From: Bdellovibrionota bacterium
Lineage (GTDB): Bacteria > Bdellovibrionota_G > JALEGL01 > DATDPG01
DNA: 64,000 bases
Direction: 5' to 3'
Assembly (NCBI GenBank): GCA_963668355.1
Contig: OY764265.1
Span: 1,408,001-1,472,000 of the forward strand
Shown in pieces: positions 27,021 through 35,140 of the stretch (positions within the stretch are counted from its first letter, which is position 1; each line of letters begins with the position of its first letter). The position numbers and the translations under genes were made by a program. Under the pieces are notes generated by a model. The model saw only the letters and a list, made by a program, of their open reading frames with translations. It had not been told where the DNA came from and made no database searches.

Positions 27021-28043
27021 GTGAAAAGCTCATCAAATTCACGAAAAACCCAAATCATCGCCACATTGGGCCCCGCCTCTCGGACAAAGAATATGATTCT
27101 GGACTTGCGGAAACGAGGAGTGGATACCTTTCGAATCAATCTTTCGCATGGAAGTGCGGATCAGCATAAAAAGCTCATTCGTCGGGCGGCTGAATCAGGG
27201 GCAGATGTTCTGATTGATCTTCAAGGAGAAAAAATTCGGGTCGAAGGCGCACATCCCTCTCTTCCCTTGGATCTGAATCACGGAGAATCCGTGTGCCTTC
27301 GAGCCACGAGAAGTGAGAAGAAACCCTCTCACCCACAGATTTGGGTAGGGGAACGCGTTGATTTTTCCAAACTGAGCATTGGAAATCACGTTCTTTTGGA
27401 CGATGGAAACATCGTTCTTCGCGTAACGAAAGTACAACGTCATGGAGCCATTTGTGTTGTGGAGTCTCCCGGAAGACTTTTGCCCAGAAAAGGAGTTGCG
27501 CTACCCTCCAAGGCTTTGGAACCGGTCTTATTAACGGAGCGGGACCGCTTGAGTTTGGAAGAACTAAAAGGAGAGCCCTTCTCCTGGACGGCGGCTTCGT
27601 TTGTGCGAAACGCCAAACAGATCAAAGCACTTCGAGATCACTTAAGGTCCATGGGATCTTCTCTTCGAATCATGGCGAAGATTGAAGATAGCGATGGGGT
27701 TCAACATGCGGAGAGCATTTTAAATGTGGCGGATGGGCTTCTTGTGGCGCGGGGAGACCTGGGCGTGTCCATGCCTTTGTATGAGCTCCCATTTCTTCAG
27801 AAAAAATTGGTGGCGCTGGCCAAACGGAAGAAGAAGCCGGGGGTCGTTGCGACACAAATGTTGGAATCCATGATTAAGCATCAGCGTCCTACACGCGCAG
27901 AGGTCACTGACGTTGCCAACGCCGTGTTGGATGGGGCAAGCGCCGTCATGCTATCCGCCGAGACCGCTGTAGGAAAGTATCCCCGAGAAGCCGTTGAAAT
28001 GATGGCCAAGGTGATCGCCTACACGGAAAAAAAGATGAAATGA
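27021..28043 (+). CDS. pyk: Pyruvate kinase lacking the C-terminal domain
   Basis: IIATLGP, RINLSHG, DLQG.KIR, AKIE, ARGDLG, ATQMLESM and PTRAEVTDVANA motifs; ends at 340 aa. Confidence 0.9.
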   Translation: MKSSSNSRKTQIIATLGPASRTKNMILDLRKRGVDTFRINLSHGSADQHKKLIRRAAESGADVLIDLQGEKIRVEGAHPSLPLDLNHGESVCLRATRSEKKPSHPQIWVGERVDFSKLSIGNHVLLDDGNIVLRVTKVQRHGAICVVESPGRLLPRKGVALPSKALEPVLLTERDRLSLEELKGEPFSWTAASFVRNAKQIKALRDHLRSMGSSLRIMAKIEDSDGVQHAESILNVADGLLVARGDLGVSMPLYELPFLQKKLVALAKRKKKPGVVATQMLESMIKHQRPTRAEVTDVANAVLDGASAVMLSAETAVGKYPREAVEMMAKVIAYTEKKMK

Positions 28044-28066
28044 GATTCTCGCCGTACCCACGAAAC

Positions 28067-28105
28067 AAAAAGAAAAGACCCCACAAAAGTGGGGTCTTTT
28101 CTTTT
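28067..28105. terminator. Bidirectional intrinsic terminator between pyk and tRNA-Gln
   Basis: AAAAGAAAAGACCCCAC-AAAA-GTGGGGTCTTTTCTTTT inverted repeat. Confidence 0.85.
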
Positions 28106-28178
28106 GGCTCCGGGGCAAGGATTCGAACCTCGATAGGCAGAGTCAGAGTCTGCTGTCCTACCATTAGACGACCCCGGA
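28105..28178 (-). tRNA. tRNA-Gln(CTG)
   Basis: Reverse complement TCCGGGGTCGTCTAATGGTAGGACAGCAGACT-CTG-ACTCTGCCTATCGAGGTTCGAATCCTTGCCCCGGAGCCA. Confidence 0.95.
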
Positions 28179-28187
28179 ACGTCGCCC

Positions 28188-28263
28188 CTTTTAGAGCCAA
28201 ATGCCCCCTTCTGTCAATAATGGTTTGCGCTGGCTTGACAAGAGCCTGGCTCTGCCGTTAAAG
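28188..28263. promoter_or_regulatory. Back-to-back sigma70-type promoters for the divergent tRNAs
   Basis: TTGACA on the plus strand (28235-28240) and on the minus strand (28217-28212), each about 17-18 nt before a TAAA-type -10 element. Confidence 0.55.
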
Positions 28264-28276
28264 AGCCCTCCACAGC

Positions 28277-28351
28277 GCTCCCATCGTCTAGCGGTTAGGA
28301 CGTAGCCCTCTCAAGGCTAAAACAGGGGTTCGATTCCCCTTGGGAGCGCCA
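28277..28351 (+). tRNA. tRNA-Glu(CTC)
   Basis: GCTCCCATCGTCTAGCGGTTAGGACGTAGCCCT-CTC-AAGGCTAAAACAGGGGTTCGATTCCCCTTGGGAGCGCCA. Confidence 0.95.
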
Positions 28352-28419
28352 TTTGTAGCTACGTCGAACCCCGGAAGATCGTCAGTTGGACTTGAAGCCA
28401 TAGTAATGTAAACAGAAAT

Positions 28420-28752
28420 TTGAACAAAATGAGAAAACATCTAATCCTCGCAATAGTCCTGACGCTATCGAGCTGTGGAGATAATGGCGTCACAGCTCGA
28501 CAAGCTTGTGGAGACTTTTGCACTGCCATGGCTGATGCTTGCGGTTCAGATTCCACGTTCATCGAAGGCTGTACTCAATGTCTCTTGGATGCGAATGTCC
28601 CCGCGAATTCGTGCGAAAGCAGTACCCCGACTGAGGATAATCTTTCGAATGATGCGGAATGCGTGGCCCTGTTTGATGATGTTTTGTCAAACGGTACGTT
28701 TAACCAGGCATTCCCTCCAACCAGTTGCACGAATCTCCTTACTGCAAACTGA
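28420..28752 (+). CDS. Cys-rich small lipoprotein
   Basis: Lipobox LSSC after probable ATG 28429; eight further cysteines. Confidence 0.65.
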   Translation: MNKMRKHLILAIVLTLSSCGDNGVTARQACGDFCTAMADACGSDSTFIEGCTQCLLDANVPANSCESSTPTEDNLSNDAECVALFDDVLSNGTFNQAFPPTSCTNLLTAN

Positions 28753-28994
28753 GATTAAAGGCATTCCGCTCAATAGGTTTGAGAGTTTTTTCACCTACGT
28801 CTGAAACGAATGTGGACAACATGGGATGGTCACAAACCGAGCGGTCATTAATTATATTGGGATGGCCCCCATGCCCTAGTTCGAGCATTTGGCTTGGAAA
28901 GCGAATACCCAGGAGCGCACATGAAGGGTATTTCTGAACGGATCCAAGGTGTCGTTTTGAGACTTTCAATGGAGATCGTTTTGGGGTAAGATTA

Positions 28995-29013
28995 TATAAG
29001 ATTTATTCTTATA
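28995..29013. promoter_or_regulatory. Inverted repeat TATAAGA-N5-TCTTATA, probable autoregulatory operator of the RHH/PIN pair
   Basis: Immediately upstream of the GAGGTG RBS of the RHH antitoxin gene. Confidence 0.55.
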
Positions 29014-29030
29014 CACTCAAGAGGTGACTT

Positions 29031-29255
29031 ATGCCATCGTCGAAGACCATTACCATTTCCCTTCCCGCTCCTATGGGGAAAGAAATCGAAAAGGTTGCCA
29101 AGGAAGAACACCGCACCATCAGTGAATTGCTGCGCGAAGCCTTTAGACAGTATCAGGCCCAAAGAAATCTAGGCCGCCTCGCACAGGCCGGTCGTAAGGC
29201 GGCTAAGGCAAAAGGACTGACTCCCAAGGACTTTGGCGGCCCTTTTGAAGACTAA
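29031..29255 (+). CDS. Ribbon-helix-helix (CopG-like) antitoxin
   Basis: TITISLP...EIEKVAKEEHRTISELLREAFRQY; overlaps the PIN gene. Confidence 0.85.
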   Translation: MPSSKTITISLPAPMGKEIEKVAKEEHRTISELLREAFRQYQAQRNLGRLAQAGRKAAKAKGLTPKDFGGPFED

Positions 29256-29679
29256 AGCGCCAATCCTTACAGCTTGCTTGGATTCCAATGTGATTATTTC
29301 TGGCATCGCGTTCGGCGGCAAGCCGTTGAAAGTTCTTGAACGGACGCTTTCGCGCAATTTCCTTCATGTTTCCGGGACCAACATCTTTGAGGAGGTACGA
29401 AAAAATCTCATCAGCAAACTGGTTCTCAACAAAGCCATGGTGGACCGGTTTCTGAACGACCTTTCGGATGTATCGACAGTCTTCGTGCCAAAGGGAGAAA
29501 CCAATTACATCGAAAATGAGCCCGATAATCTCGTATTGGAGGTAGCTCTCGCTGGTGGGTGCGACGTTCTAGTGACCGGCGACCGAAGACATTTGCTTCC
29601 CCTGTCGCCATTCCAGGGGATGATCATTGAGCCACCTTCTAAATTCCTTGCCCGGTTAGATGCGCTAAAAGGTTTGTAA
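29233..29679 (+). CDS. PIN-domain toxin (VapC-like)
   Basis: LDSNVIISG, E, DN.VLEVA and LVTGDRRHLL acidic PIN motifs. Confidence 0.88.
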   Translation: MAALLKTKAPILTACLDSNVIISGIAFGGKPLKVLERTLSRNFLHVSGTNIFEEVRKNLISKLVLNKAMVDRFLNDLSDVSTVFVPKGETNYIENEPDNLVLEVALAGGCDVLVTGDRRHLLPLSPFQGMIIEPPSKFLARLDALKGL

Positions 29680-29734
29680 CCCATTATGAATGACCATAGA
29701 TGTAGGGTTCAATCAGCTACACGTCAGGAGCGCC

Positions 29735-29769
29735 AAAAAAATGCCCCACACCCGTGGGGCATTTTTTTT
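29735..29769. terminator. Intrinsic terminator after a tRNA-end repeat
   Basis: AAAAAAATGCCCCAC-ACCC-GTGGGGCATTTTTTTT. Confidence 0.85.
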
Positions 29770-29950
29770 GTTGGTCCTAAGAGGATGAGGGGCCCTTGTC
29801 AGGGGTGAGAATTTAGAGATTCTAGGAAGCGAAGCGACCGTAGAATGTCTTATGCCGGAGCGGGCGAAGCGCGATCCGGCACCCTTGGGACAGTTGAACC
29901 GGCAAGAGGTCTTGTAAGAACTCCAATTTTAACGAACGAATGTCAGGTGA

Positions 29951-30004
29951 GATTCCCCTCCTGTCACGCCATAGCTCGAAGAGCGACGGCGGATGGGAGC
30001 GCCA
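29951..30004 (+). repeat. Copy of the tRNA-Glu 3' end (GATTCCCCT|TGGGAGCGCCA) interrupted by a 34-bp palindromic insert
   Basis: The flanks together equal 28332-28351; insert CCTGTCACGCCATAGCTCGAAGAGCGACGGCGGA at 29960-29993. Confidence 0.75.
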
Positions 30005-30081
30005 TGCTATTTTTTGAGTAATTTCAAATGATTGAGTCGAGCGCTAAACGTTACTTTCAAACTAAAGGTTCTTCCCCACTC

Positions 30082-30747
30082 CTAGAGCTCGCCTTCCCAT
30101 TCTCCATAGAAACGTTCGATAAATTTTTCCATAAACTCGTGTCGCTCTTCGGCCATCCTTCTTCCAGCCACCGTGTTCATTCGATCCTTAAGCAGAAATA
30201 GCTTCTCGTAGAAATGATTTACTGTAGATGAGTTGTTCGATTTGTATTCGTCTTTTGTCATATTCAACCTCGGCTGAATGCCTGGATCATGCATAGCTCT
30301 TCCCTGATGACCCCCATAATTGAACGCTCTCCCAATGCCTATGGCTCCCAAGGCATCTAGCCTGTCGGCGTCTTGAACAACATCCAACTCCTTAGAATTA
30401 AACTTCTGTTCGTCTTTCTCCCCTTTAAACGAGACATGCGTCACGATTTGAACAACATCATTAATCGTAACTTTATCGACGTTGATTGCTTCAAGAAACT
30501 CTTTTGCCTTGCGCGGACCTATCTTTTCATCACCTCCGTAGAATTTGGAATCCGCGATATCGTGAAGCAACGCCCCTAATTCAACCACGAATGGATCGAC
30601 CTTCTCGTAACTCGCCAGAGCTTTAGCCGTTCTCCAAACACGATAAATATGCCACCAATCGTGTCCCCCTTCCGCATCTGCAAGTGATTCCCTCACAAAC
30701 TCAGCAGTCTTAGCGATTATGTCTTTTTCCCTCATAAACCAAATCAA
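30082..30747 (-). CDS. HD-domain phosphohydrolase
   Basis: GHDWWHI.RV, ALLHDIAD, VQDADRLDALGAIG and HFYEKL motifs; start probably MREKD. Confidence 0.92.
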   Translation of the reverse strand: MIWFMREKDIIAKTAEFVRESLADAEGGHDWWHIYRVWRTAKALASYEKVDPFVVELGALLHDIADSKFYGGDEKIGPRKAKEFLEAINVDKVTINDVVQIVTHVSFKGEKDEQKFNSKELDVVQDADRLDALGAIGIGRAFNYGGHQGRAMHDPGIQPRLNMTKDEYKSNNSSTVNHFYEKLFLLKDRMNTVAGRRMAEERHEFMEKFIERFYGEWEGEL

Positions 30748-30788
30748 AGCATAGGTGCCCCAGGCCGCTTTGGGAGCGTCATCGGTCG

Positions 30789-31241
30789 CTACGCGCTTTC
30801 TTTCAATCCAGTCGTTAAAAGATCAATGGGGAAATTTGGAAAAGCCTGCAACAATTTTCGAACTGTATCCCATCGTGGATTTGCGGTTCGAGATGATTCC
30901 AGAAGCTGAAATGATCGCAATGGAATGCCCATGCGAGCGGCAGCTTTTCGTTGGGAAAGTTTGTTCGCGGCCCGTGCTGCACGCGTAGCAACAGCAAAAG
31001 CAATTGAAGGATTCACCTTGACCCTCTCAATATTCTTTCCACGAACCTTCTTTTTGGGAAGAGGAAAAACTAGACTGGGGTCTTCTCGCTCATCCAAATA
31101 AAGGTTAAGAGCCTCTTCCATGTTTCTTCGTAATTCTTTCAAAGTGTCTCCTTGGGTTACCGCGCCATCCAATTCGACGCATTCCGCCCAATATCCTCCT
31201 TCTTTCTTTCCGCCTTTATGGATTCTGAAATGATAAAACAT
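30789..31241 (-). CDS. hicB: HicB antitoxin with C-terminal HTH
   Basis: GYWAECVELDGAVTQGDTLKE...EAL plus an Xre-type HTH (LSQRKAAARMG). Confidence 0.9.
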   Translation of the reverse strand: MFYHFRIHKGGKKEGGYWAECVELDGAVTQGDTLKELRRNMEEALNLYLDEREDPSLVFPLPKKKVRGKNIERVKVNPSIAFAVATRAARAANKLSQRKAAARMGIPLRSFQLLESSRTANPRWDTVRKLLQAFPNFPIDLLTTGLKESA

Positions 31242-31249
31242 CGTGCTCC

Positions 31250-31432
31250 TTATCTCGTTTTCTCAAGCTTTTTTAACAAGTACCGTTCTGTTCCCTTTTT
31301 GAGTTCCGAATGCATTGGGATCGTTTCCCGATGCTCACCTTTTCGCACCCGAACATGACTCCCACTCTGCCTCACTTTCTTCCACCCCATCTTGAGATAG
31401 CGCTTCAGCATCTCTTTTCCACTGATCGGCAT
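31250..31432 (-). CDS. hicA: HicA mRNA interferase toxin
   Basis: 60 aa basic protein; GW..VRQSGSH and IPMH.ELKKGT motifs. Confidence 0.92.
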   Translation of the reverse strand: MPISGKEMLKRYLKMGWKKVRQSGSHVRVRKGEHRETIPMHSELKKGTERYLLKKLEKTR

Positions 31433-31450
31433 CTATACATAAAATATAGG

Positions 31451-31470
31451 TGACTAACTATAATTAGTCA
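31451..31470. promoter_or_regulatory. Inverted repeat TGACTAA-N6-TTAGTCA, probable HicB operator
   Basis: About 20 nt upstream of the hicA start, in an AT-rich promoter region. Confidence 0.55.
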
Positions 31471-31621
31471 ACCTTAATTTCCGTTTAAAATTTCCATCAT
31501 CTAAGAGGGAATTTTTTCAAATTAATGAATTTTTTGTTTTTATTACACTGTTAGCACTAGGCACTCAGTTCGAAAGTTGTCCAATTGGGAGCGCCAACAA
31601 AAAAGGGCATCAAGCGTTTTC

Positions 31622-31882
31622 TCATCGATGCTTTATAAAAGGAATGATGGCGAGGAAATATCCGGGGACCACGCCCAATAAAACAGTCACCATGTATGTG
31701 AAACCCAAGGGTTTTCCGAAAAGTTTAAACACGGCAACCGAAACGAGTGTGGCGGTTAGTACAGCTGACAACAAAACCCAGACCGAAAGGTGTCCAGGCG
31801 TATTGTCGGCAAGGATATAGGACACGCCTCCAACCATTCCGGATACAAACCCGAGTCCAGCGATCAAGAGTGTGTAGGTCAT
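31622..31882 (-). CDS. Small three-TM membrane protein
   Basis: ATG 31882; three hydrophobic segments; no recognisable family. Confidence 0.55.
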   Translation of the reverse strand: MTYTLLIAGLGFVSGMVGGVSYILADNTPGHLSVWVLLSAVLTATLVSVAVFKLFGKPLGFTYMVTVLLGVVPGYFLAIIPFIKHR

Positions 31883-31940
31883 GATGACCAAAGAATATCC
31901 ACAGTCTTTGCCTGCGACAACGGAAAATGAGGAAGGACTT

Positions 31941-33698
31941 CTACCAAAGATTGTTTGGGTAGCCGTTGGGAAAATCTCCCGTGTGGCAACCATCGCAATC
32001 GCTGATCATCCAAAATCGGGAAGAGCCAGGATCTGTGTATGGAGTGAGGTAATCTCTCAAAAGATAGGGGTCATCATTTCCATGCGGTTCGTGACAAGCC
32101 AAGCATCCGGCCAATGTGTAGGAAACATGGTACGCATGCAGGTTGAGCATATTGGATCCATTCGTTTTCACAAACTGCGTTGGCAATAAACTCGATGGGC
32201 GATGGATTATGGAGGGTCGAGCAAACGTCATGGTTTGCACATAGGTTTCGAGATCATGACAGTCCATGCAGCCTGAGTTGGCGGGGTTTGTATCCGGGCC
32301 GATCCAGAACATGGCTTCGTTGTGGTTAAGCAAATGATTGTTTTCGGATCCATGTACCTCATGGCAAGTGGAACAATCTTGAGTGGCAAACGGGACATGG
32401 CGGTTTGAGCTTTCGGTGTAGAGAGCGGCAATGTTTCTGGTGGTTCCAAATGTTGCGGACTGGATCGTCGTGTCATGGCAATTCAAACAAAGAAGGGTTT
32501 CATCGCTTCGAAGCAGGTGATCTTCCTGTGCATCATGGGGGTCATGGCATCCGCTGCACGCACTTCCAGTAAATGTCGGGCTATGTGTGAAGGAAGCGGG
32601 CGCAGTTTGTTCGGCGTGACAGGATGAACACAACATGGGAGCCACGTCTTTGAGCAAGTGAGGGGCTTGGATTTCTGACTGGTCGGTGGCGTGACAATTT
32701 CCACAGAGCAAGGCTTGAGAAGGCGGGTGCTGAACGGGTGCGAGTGGGTTGGGCAGGTCGTGGCAGTCCGAACAACTTCCTCCAAATTGTCCCCCCTCAA
32801 AATTTTGTCCATGACAGTTTTTGCAGGCGTTCAGTTGGGTTTGTGGGGAGGCCAAGACTTGAAGGCCATGTCCCTCGGGATTGACCCAACCTTCCGGATG
32901 TGGATACCCGGAGTGACAATCTGTGCAGCTGACACTTGAGAGTCCTCCATTCAAATTGTCTCCGTGACAACTTGTGGCGCATTGCTCAGAAATAGCGGTG
33001 GGAAGACTTCCTCCTTGATTGGCCAACCCTTGGATATGAATATTGCTTAATCCCCAGCCTTCGGGATGTGGAAATCCGGAATGGCATTCTTGGCATCCCG
33101 GAGCCCCATTTTGAGTGACTTCATCCATCCGGTGGCAATTGTCGCATTGCTCGTTTTGAGGCAATCCTTCCGAGGCTAAGAAGTATGGCCCGTGCTGACT
33201 GGCATCCGAAAAATACTCAGCGTGCGGATATAGGGTGTGGCAATCCGAACAGGCAATTCCCGACAAGCCTCCGGAGAGGTCAGATCCGTGACAACTTGTA
33301 GCACATTCCTGCTGGAGTGCCGTTGAAGGGGAAACGCCCATATTTAAAATGGATTGAAAGTGAATGCCCGTGTCACCAAATCCTGCGGGGTGAGGGTATT
33401 GCGCATGACAGCTTTTGCATCCCGGGGCCCCCTCGACTTCCGTTTCTTCTGTAGAATGGCATGTGATGCATCGGTCTAAGACCAAGTTCCCTTGCGCGTT
33501 CAAGGCGTCCTGGCCGTGGACCTGTGCCAGGGCATAGTTTTCCGGATGGGGAAAGGAAACATACACAGACTCGCCTGAAACTTGGATCACATCTTCTCCA
33601 AAGAATTCAGTGTCTTCGGCACACCCAAAGGGGCCTGAAAACAGAACAGAGGCAGTCGAAATGGCCAGAATCATTCGAATTTTATGAGAAGATGACAT
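31941..33698 (-). CDS. Multiheme cytochrome c lipoprotein (16 CxxCH + 2 CxxxCH)
   Basis: Signal with GPFGC lipobox; motifs counted in the translation; tandem four-heme repeats. Confidence 0.9.
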   Translation of the reverse strand: MSSSHKIRMILAISTASVLFSGPFGCAEDTEFFGEDVIQVSGESVYVSFPHPENYALAQVHGQDALNAQGNLVLDRCITCHSTEETEVEGAPGCKSCHAQYPHPAGFGDTGIHFQSILNMGVSPSTALQQECATSCHGSDLSGGLSGIACSDCHTLYPHAEYFSDASQHGPYFLASEGLPQNEQCDNCHRMDEVTQNGAPGCQECHSGFPHPEGWGLSNIHIQGLANQGGSLPTAISEQCATSCHGDNLNGGLSSVSCTDCHSGYPHPEGWVNPEGHGLQVLASPQTQLNACKNCHGQNFEGGQFGGSCSDCHDLPNPLAPVQHPPSQALLCGNCHATDQSEIQAPHLLKDVAPMLCSSCHAEQTAPASFTHSPTFTGSACSGCHDPHDAQEDHLLRSDETLLCLNCHDTTIQSATFGTTRNIAALYTESSNRHVPFATQDCSTCHEVHGSENNHLLNHNEAMFWIGPDTNPANSGCMDCHDLETYVQTMTFARPSIIHRPSSLLPTQFVKTNGSNMLNLHAYHVSYTLAGCLACHEPHGNDDPYLLRDYLTPYTDPGSSRFWMISDCDGCHTGDFPNGYPNNLW

Positions 33699-33792
33699 TT
33701 TGCGTTAATTTCCCCGTGCGCCCCGTACTATACAAATCTGCCTTCAGTGACAAGGCCTTTTGTGATTATTTTTAAACAAAAAGAGTTTTTAA

Positions 33793-33805
33793 TATCAATG
33801 GGTTA
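33793..33805. promoter_or_regulatory. IHF-binding consensus site in the divergent cytochrome promoter region
   Basis: TATCAATGGGTTA matches WATCAANNNNTTR exactly, with an A/T tract upstream. Confidence 0.5.
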
Positions 33806-33895
33806 GCAATCAAAAAAAGGCCGAGAAATTGAATCTTTAGGTTTGCGTCAAAGGGGAAATGGCTGTATTTCCTCTTGGTTTTTTGATCAGTAGCG

Positions 33896-35140
33896 GTGGG
33901 GATGAAGAAAAGTCTTTTCATACTATTCTTGTGCATTGGAGTTCTTGGGTCTGTTCGGGTTCATGCAGAGCCCCAGTTTGCCTTGCGCCTTCAAAGCATG
34001 GGGCAGATCTATCGGGAAGTGGGAGGAGATGCTCGTTTCCCTTTTTCGACCTACGGACATCTCTATCTATTCGAACCGAAATACACCTCTGATTTGACGC
34101 TGGATTTTCGATATGCCCTGGACCCGGCGGGAGAAGATCATCGTTTTGATTTGTATCGGGGAGTGGTCGAACTATCCACGGGGGAAGATTCTCCGGTGAT
34201 TGATTTGGGCCGCATGCAATTGGTGGAAGGCATTGACTATCTTCTCTTGGATGGCGTCAAAATCAATGGCCGGGTGGCCCAGGATCATTTGGAGTGGAGT
34301 TTGTTTGGGGGCTGGACGCGCGGAACGGAAATTGGCGTGGATCGAGATGCCGGAATGATCACGGGAGTTCGTCTTTCTGCGCTACAGATCTGGAAACTGA
34401 GAAACCGTTTTACCTTTCTCTATGAAGACTATGAAAGCGGAGCCCAAGGCAATCGTTTGAGCTTTTCTCTGGGGAGAGATTTCCATTGGCTGAGGGATTT
34501 TGCCTTGGATGCGGGGATGGAGTTCAGTTTGGTGAAGAACGACTTTTCGCGATTGTTTTTCACGCAAGACGTGCATTTGAACGAAGCCATTTCCGCCCAT
34601 ATGTCGTATTACTATCGAAACCCTCTTCAGAACGAATTGGTGGAACGAGACCCAATCTACCGAACGTTTGCTGCAGGGGGAACGCACCAGTTTCGCCCCA
34701 GCTTGAGTTTCTTCATTGGGGAAATGGTGGTGTTTGAGCCTTCTTATGAACTCAGTCGCTATCGGGCTTTAAACGGAGTGAAGCGAAATAGTCATCGGAT
34801 TGAGGCGGCGCTCTATCTCTTACCCAATCGTTTGAGGGTTCACGCCCGAGCCACCGCCAGCTATTGGAAAGTTCTTCGGGGAAGAAATTGGATCGGTACC
34901 TTTTCATTGGGCAAGTGGTTGACACCCAGAACGGATTTTAGCGTTGGGGGGGAATTGGCCTATTACGAAAAATACACCAACGAAGAGGCCTTAGCCTCCA
35001 GGGGATATATCGAATTTGGATTTCTGGCACGTCATCAGCTGAAATTTTCAGGAACCGTGGAAGCCATCTCGAATGAAGATAAAGAAATGGATATTCGTTT
35101 CATGTTTTTTCTCCAAGCCTTGATCGGGAGTGAGACATGA
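33896..35140 (+). CDS. Probable outer-membrane beta-barrel (porin of a porin-cytochrome complex)
   Basis: Signal peptide; alternating hydrophobic/aromatic strands; LGR..L..G.....LDG motif; first gene of a multiheme operon. Confidence 0.72.
   Translation: MGMKKSLFILFLCIGVLGSVRVHAEPQFALRLQSMGQIYREVGGDARFPFSTYGHLYLFEPKYTSDLTLDFRYALDPAGEDHRFDLYRGVVELSTGEDSPVIDLGRMQLVEGIDYLLLDGVKINGRVAQDHLEWSLFGGWTRGTEIGVDRDAGMITGVRLSALQIWKLRNRFTFLYEDYESGAQGNRLSFSLGRDFHWLRDFALDAGMEFSLVKNDFSRLFFTQDVHLNEAISAHMSYYYRNPLQNELVERDPIYRTFAAGGTHQFRPSLSFFIGEMVVFEPSYELSRYRALNGVKRNSHRIEAALYLLPNRLRVHARATASYWKVLRGRNWIGTFSLGKWLTPRTDFSVGGELAYYEKYTNEEALASRGYIEFGFLARHQLKFSGTVEAISNEDKEMDIRFMFFLQALIGSET

Larger units (their letters stand above)
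28332..31596. mobile_element. tRNA-Glu-anchored accessory islet bounded and subdivided by copies of the tRNA 3' end
   Basis: (T)GGGAGCGCCA-type repeats at 28341, 29727, 29994, 30770 (one mismatch) and 31585; cargo includes two TA pairs; no integrase. Confidence 0.65.

Noticed and set aside
28725..28969. Short ORFs 28725-28937 and 28739-28969
   Set aside because: No RBS, motif or family resemblance; probably non-coding or decayed sequence
28332..31596. Repeats as a CRISPR array or integron attC sites
   Set aside because: The repeats are 9-20 nt, irregularly spaced by hundreds of bases and match the tRNA end; no cas or intI gene is present
33758..33780. Rex/CRP-like site TTGTGATTATTTTTAAACAA
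   Set aside because: Spacing and right half-site do not fit either consensus
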